A stretch of DNA of 64,000 nucleotides from Strigamia acuminata (taxonomy: Eukaryota). The stretch lies in the NCBI GenBank assembly GCA_949358305.1, contig OX442314.1, forward strand, positions 27,590,001-27,654,000, in the 5' to 3' direction. The position numbers and the translations under genes are program-made. The notes under the pieces were generated by a model. That model was not told the origin of the DNA. It was given only the letters and a program-made list of their open reading frames with translations, and did no database searches. Positions 62,701 to 64,000 of the stretch are shown in pieces. Position 1 is the first letter of the stretch. Every line of letters starts with the position of its first letter.

Positions 62701-64000
62701 ATTTTTGTCAAGTTCTTTGCAGCCAATAAAGTCTTTACCTTGAACTGCCAGATGAAGTAGTTGTTTGGTTTCAAAAGTTCAATTCGATTTAACGAACCGC
62801 CCGGAACCACCCTCTGCTACCACTTGTTGTATTTCGAATGTCCAAATCAAATGAAAGACCACACGTTAACGGAACAGAAAATAACACGTCTTTACTCTTC
62901 AAAAACAGTTTTTACAATAATGGAATGACACGCGCATAACGTGTCGTGAACGTTACAAAATCAGATAAAACGTCAAACCAATGATAATTTACAACAATTA
63001 AATCTAACAAAAGTTGCATATTGCATTCGAGTTGCAGTTTTACGTTATCAGTCGCCATGTTGTCCTCGATTTTATTCCAGAGCTTTTTTGCATTTCTTGG
63101 TGCTTGATATTGAAGCACTTGGTCACCCGTTAGTGTGTCGACGATTATCTCAATCGCGCTTCGGCTTTCTTGATATTGCAGGTTTTCCATACTTGCTCCT
63201 TGGCTTCGCAATTTTACACTCCGGGGTTGCCACGTGGTGGTTCGACTGCAGTAATGGCCGTACGGCAAAGAATTATTTTGAGTAAAATTACTATGATTTA
63301 TTATGAGGAAATATCTGATTTGTATATCTATTAAAAAACATATACTGTATGTGCTACAGTATTTGGTCGCATAAAAACTTCTGGGGCGCGAGGGAAAAAG
63401 GATTGAGAAGCCCTGGGCTAGTTGACGAAGTAGATACAATACTTACAGAAATAGCAGTGTTCATTGTTGCTTTATCCATATAAGGCGTTTGGTATCGCCA
63501 CACTTCTTCTATTGACAGTTTTTTGTTCTTTTTAGTCATATTCATTAAATTGATAAAATGAACCTTGCATTCATGCACGCCAATTTCTTTTGCATATGTC
63601 TGCCTGTATTTAGTCATTATTGATCCATCCCCACATGCAATTAAATTGGGCAAATATAATGTGTTATTTTCTTGAATAATTACTACATATCTTGTTGGCT
63701 CACTCAGATATAATGTGATTCTTTCTTTGCTCACATAAACTGCCAATACTGCAGAAGTAAATATAAGAAATAAATTCAGTGCAGATTGCAGCAGAAGTCG
63801 TATTGGAGGCTGCTGTATCATAACCCGTGAAACACCTTTCTTTTTCTCAATGGCCAAATGTATTTGCTTAGTAATATTCTTTTTTATGCCGGCTTTAAGT
63901 TGAACAGGTCTGACAAATTTAGACAAAATGAGAAGAAACATTTGTCCAATTTCAATCAAAGATAGAAGAGAAAATCCCAAAGAGAATCCCAAATTGCCCC
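41794..64000 (-). CDS. DEG/ENaC (pickpocket/ASIC-like) channel gene, 5'-truncated by the window edge; exons >64000-63447, 56458-56383, 56316-56231, 42782-42681, 42622-42516, 42208-41794
   Basis: All predicted introns are GT-AG and phase-compatible (0,1,0,0,2). The protein shows TM1-YLSEPT...LPNLIAC, WRKIAMPTGTCY, YKRCQDDC...QCK, CGCDPPCEE and TM2 DIGNSFALMLGLSILAIPE, preceded in frame by another TM2 (GNLGFSLGFSLLSLIEI). Confidence 0.82.
43048..44125 (-). repeat. 3' LTR of gypsy element C
   Basis: Direct repeat of 54801-55878. Confidence 0.96.
44300..47137 (-). CDS. Spliced accessory ORF3 of element C, unknown function, not Env (predicted exons 47137-46874 and 46519-44300; ~827 aa)
   Basis: Acidic 88-codon ATG exon ending CGG|GTAAAT (phase 0); acceptor TTTTTACAG| at 46520 is in frame with the 714-aa ORF; homologous to ORF3 of element A. 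Confidence 0.75.
47348..51823 (-). CDS. pol: Pol (protease-RT-RNase H-integrase) of element C, -1 frameshift from gag
   Basis: MLDSGA, YLDD, TDAS, HHCC and DDE motifs; slippery A AAA AAC at 51829-51823. Confidence 0.95.
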   Translation of the reverse strand, partial: LVSAHPDGLVDATPTASENELTPSQILDEFLNTQIKLELENNLVFPKIDVSSLRLVLQNENITEEFFKEKVQQIKVDWESKIKDAVTLLDGKARPTPEIVERSGKIDLPGLDECIEKLMATTLVTNDLLDELPLDPPIEIKPPRRFKCKYADIPNSNDLPTIRLQTANGMITGMLDSGANRSFMAYSVVISLKLEDEIRPIGPDVRVTTASEDVVPEGTLLLSFAWTHGMLSHPFIILRNKYPIILLGCDFMNRLNIQPNPKTMSWNFVKSLKEDLPFVPQAILDRYQEFLDPPEEIMKRDFIKANHMKAGSATACQAKVADEENIVQRLVSDANLSMENNLMLEKVLKKHEKILSRRPGRTHLVRHEIKLDTKVPIRVPFKSVNPQKREIIRQICQDMLDNGYVEQATGDYGMRIVLVMRPDCDPRLCIDFRPLNAHTLYDPPQMPSIEEILRELGRFEWITTIDLSKGYWQIEVHPNDRAKTAFWSPLGRLQFRVMPFGLVNAPSTFQKLIEKILGDAYRKFAWAYLDDIIIISKNFEEHMIHLEEILSKLENANLHVHPEKSKFGRKELTFLGYKLSVQGVSVDPKKVAAIKEMPAPSNLKELQRFLGMVNFFHRLLKNLAVMTEPLRPLLKKDVEFIWSEIHQEAFDQIKDALTNAETMAMPDLTEPFIVHTDASRKGLGAALMQMREIDDQNIEVPCVYASRSLQPAEINYSATELECLAVIWALRKFRHYLEFTTFIVRTDHQALKWLMQLDEPAGRLARWQMELMRYSFEIQYIKGPLNVLADALSRSPIDKPENPEDDGDNDELLSYCPSPQRKWKMGKFHELPVSTLEEKEDHEFVNYWTKIYDSSEESDDVIRAQISRKFQVPSSNVLIKAFVAKIVERLDCEPPTREDIIKAQKEDKVCQLMRNFLNCNQFPPDVTTRLQRKQYRKHATTFLIEDDLLMQFHPTMSDELGEDGRALKVFVPQTLKYKIIWLMHGHPLSGHPGIARTLYRARRIYTWKGMKSDITRFIRHCERCQACKPRTKGQIEAAQMGPYSPFDCLSVDLTGPKPRTRKNNTHILVILDVATHWPELYPMCNPTAGKVANCIYHLSMSMGFPRKIISDNGPQFRAQVFKKFCEKFKMVPTPTSTYHPQANPVERVNRDIKYLVAIYSSVHSKWDEYLREFAFSLRTTVTRGRDFSPAFLNFFRELRVPWDPRIPEGILVVDPKNPHLYVQKLEAVIAETYQHMMSHVLDLRRRVNLKKEGEKFSNFKLNDLVWRDSHVLSSAARGIAAGIADKRTGPYVITKVLQGGSVELRKLENNEIFPAVHSSELTPYFPSFDQEVWLEGEEVGQKTENIINTLDDDELKKIPVDNSSKPQMESDLVNNDVELRDSFKKLEIAKKINKKVFLEKKQKTSEIKDSSDSVSDDNEDGDLNTINPSPTKRYNLRTRKPRGKNNMCLLPSITSRSRDQPYDVRSNSSSHTQTNQTVRLDDVTNSDVTQT
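51817..54708 (-). CDS. gag: Gag of element C (963 aa; coiled coil, capsid-like region, CCHC knuckle)
   Basis: AEKWFYSK..NWNHFVEEF motif; CNICKKLGHWAKEC knuckle. Confidence 0.92.
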   Translation of the reverse strand: MATPMQIVKRQRGRPSTQKRAATVLPALEPEMLMEKIISEEITPVPDPKQLKDAENEVARALSASSASSNDQELPPLPLEEVENTLREMESESSHESPPRMTMLDALRNQARQDGAQITDDMTVEEIHRAMIRLHTDRAVSNLQFEMERKEAELQQQKAEVELQHMELNRQNEEFLAQKAREYRLKGEVEDLSKMNTRNELSIRSHQEARRQLELTKSKLEQKNKELIDLADHYQRNHNQLVRYAAELDTRAKTQRTRESKIAKREDEIFHSLDQPSTSGQVKSSGPAKRLQPESQNQINENEILRADLLRAQEELAEMKDRLQARNYTDQLVQPEMAAPTVPILTPETITISVVSELSSQSGLSSDDDQRSRRRHRSKRKRPSDSEERRADRNPLPGNRNPIFHNSDRLLGIVDDRNRRHETGIHVTRTIPLTQQQDSSKRSRRDTNPTREPPDGHESPPGGGQYRRNPPDGGNPDGHGDGPPGGGRRPPDDDGDPPDPPETPHFNTPSNSQSDSRSDSDVNAQQERDNRHRSHRRRHRGHSSRRNTHYYTAEEIDRLLADRRSSDRSDATADNADIALRQKIAQYTANNWTHDLVDERTIRWDHIKPALFDGEWEAGSTLLDEVLRISRLNGIACHTALKRVVPKALIDRAEKWFYSKQFQNWNHFVEEFMTEYGESSEDLLQMWDNLSQNKGESLRSYLRRTEDLLVTLPYTMGDAAIDRQFRRGLTDYSKNVLLSVRAPYPGGFAELAKFMRANQIRIDENYKAYLPADEKVAYAKRQQRRKELAKDTRFANTPLLQPPKRGDFLAETAKESKKGSDGKNPHPTPKAHLAEVTEMETASEPEKSDSEPESEAAAALLARNNAVARKFGPKMAPKNVTFGSPKTDALSRSKSPTPKKDEAKRSSSPSPKVAKSPATDPCNICKKLGHWAKECPDRKSSKDKIIEEFEKSMKSIGELLKNL
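54801..55878 (-). repeat. 5' LTR of gypsy element C
   Basis: Direct repeat of 43048-44125, adjacent to the PBS. Confidence 0.96.
56857..56994. mobile_element. Small MITE, PIF/Harbinger-like
   Basis: TIRs AGCTGCATTCAAAAACTAAAATA / TATTTTAATTTTTGAATGCAGCT flanked by a 3-bp duplication ACT. Confidence 0.65.
57012..58074. mobile_element. CCGTA-ended non-autonomous DNA transposon (pogo-like)
   Basis: TIRs CCGTATATCTT / AAGATATACGG with TA flanks; many CGCGGGCC subterminal repeats and internal palindromic blocks. Confidence 0.8.
58447..63009 (-). mobile_element. Full-length Ty1/copia LTR retrotransposon
   Basis: 185-bp LTRs at 58447-58631 and 62825-63009; tRNA-iMet PBS TGGTAGCAGAGGGTGGTT (62822-62805); 5-bp flanks TAAGT/AAAGT (4/5 match). 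Confidence 0.95.
58719..62810 (-). CDS. Copia Gag-Pol polyprotein (Gag, CCHC, protease, integrase, RT, RNase H; 1363 aa)
   Basis: CYECGKSGHIAKNC, WILDSGASAHM, LWHKRLCH..CTAC, RSDNGGEF, YVDD and ADFLTKA motifs in copia order. Confidence 0.95.
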   Translation of the reverse strand: MVPGGSLNRIELLKPNNYFIWQFKVKTLLAAKNLTKMITEPAVVEPIQGDADYANKLVTYDDWAKKNNEALGIIVLTMSDEEAANCMEMTEAKVVWDALKALYAGATEEQQIDAATELAELRMKNDENVDSYLNRAKSIQARSKAVGRDVKNRELMLFVTRGLLQKHEHIARNSRTNVTATIEELRRALKLEEQHSIFRTRGPAMENTTMAFRAQVGKNSGGKKLKGGTKIVCYECGKSGHIAKNCWQRYPEKRPAQAAQRTKETAKIAQVEEATIQHALIVDLENEDHIDDWILDSGASAHMSSKRGLFSSFVEMETIVTTAKKGVKLISTGKGNVILNCQLDGGQTMKILLMDVLFIPELKGNLMSVPRLTAKNYGIFFKGNWADIKSPNGETIAKGIRDGNMYLLQLTKEEQVNAVTTTTKESKELWHKRLCHMSEQTMDKMTKKEMVHGLEYVDAQLEKCTACILGKMTRSPYKKIKEKQSNEILQLVHADLIGPIQVSSLAGSKYALIMTEDFTRKKFVYFLKEKSQTFEFFKTFKAMTEKQTGQKLKKFRSDNGGEFVNANFKRFCDEEGIIHELTVPFNPSGNGISERTNRTLVEATRTLLLESGLPLSFWAEALATSVYVKNRSLTKPNGDLVPEEMWTKRKQAINFLRNFGCEAFLHVPAEKRQKLDQKAKHGIFIGYSVDRKAYRVYVPDDKKVQEGRTVIFNEKIRGADIFSLNEKNEKRRFCQEIEDEIIVAEPNVDDNNQQPAVAVEDEPQPEQQAEQQLDQPARVGRPVGSTKAVLEQRHAEQLELREQQLQQEGVRRSQRIAAQHEAVNAAVEAVDELLVDEFFTPETFDQAMNCADKERWKEAMNSEIDSLHVNNMWTLVKREKKMTTIKSKWIFRIKLNADRSVNKYKARLVAVGYSQRAGIDFTETFSPVVRLESLRIILSMVAKHKLFTRQFDIKTAYLYGLLDETIFMEQPEGYEQEDFVCKLERSLYGLRQSGRCWNQRLDEELTKIGLIPLVNDRCVYIYKRKKDYLILGVYVDDILAAFTRPKILDRIMRRLKRVFEVIDMGEVHFLLGMEISITEAGVFIGQQKYISEILVKYDLFDGIVANTPMATGQDLNDFENSKKIDQQLYQQILGSLMHVMVVTRPDLSFAISALSTYARDPRQVHFRAAKRVLRYLKKTSETRLFFPSEDGNLQGFADASWCSTQEAKSYTGMILKIGLSTISWKTKKQRLVAMSSTESEILAICELLKSVKWARDFLSEVGEGSSVQRSVPIYTDSSPAIQVLCGANQFGRTKHINRHLMFIKDELKLGNIKLIHLPSTEMIADFLTKAVAKDKFTKGRKGVNLKDEEKMNEVEEKEKSEDK

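Larger units (their letters stand above)
58077..63270 (-). pseudogene. Old decayed copia-type gag relic (63270-63010 and 58446-58077) split by the young copia insertion
   Basis: AIEIIVDTLTGDQV..NAKKLWNKIE..QLECNMQL continues across the insertion as THCKLEKAETVDHYHNRIEVL...FGLRQEFE and a degenerate knuckle YNYDMLGHVTGDC, with stops. Confidence 0.7.

Noticed and set aside
62912..63439. 175-aa ORF as a DEG/ENaC exon
   Set aside because: Phase does not fit the strong donor at 63446; the sequence matches a copia gag relic plus LTR.

Overview
Eukaryotic, AT-rich, intron-containing DNA, most likely from an arthropod or other invertebrate (inferred from gene content). The left 14 kb holds an intronless MED8 gene, a two-exon HES/E(spl)-type bHLH-Orange-WRPW gene surrounded by repeated Su(H)/CSL paired-site plus E-box modules, several MITEs and minisatellites, and a ~500 bp palindrome built from a decayed GTSF1/Asterix-like CHHC zinc-finger sequence. 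The rest is dominated by four young LTR retrotransposons whose LTR pairs look identical by eye: three related Ty3/gypsy elements (14306-27172 +, 30976-40260 + lacking integrase, 43048-55878 -) and one Ty1/copia (58447-63009 -). The last two sit in introns of a minus-strand DEG/ENaC channel gene. Top leads: (1) the two complete gypsy elements carry a homologous, spliced, non-Env third gene with three conserved blocks; (2) the DEG/ENaC reading frame runs TM2-linker-TM1...TM2 without a stop, suggesting a natural concatemer; (3) the GTSF1-derived palindrome is a candidate hairpin-RNA locus. All calls come from reading the sequence by eye; no database searches were run.
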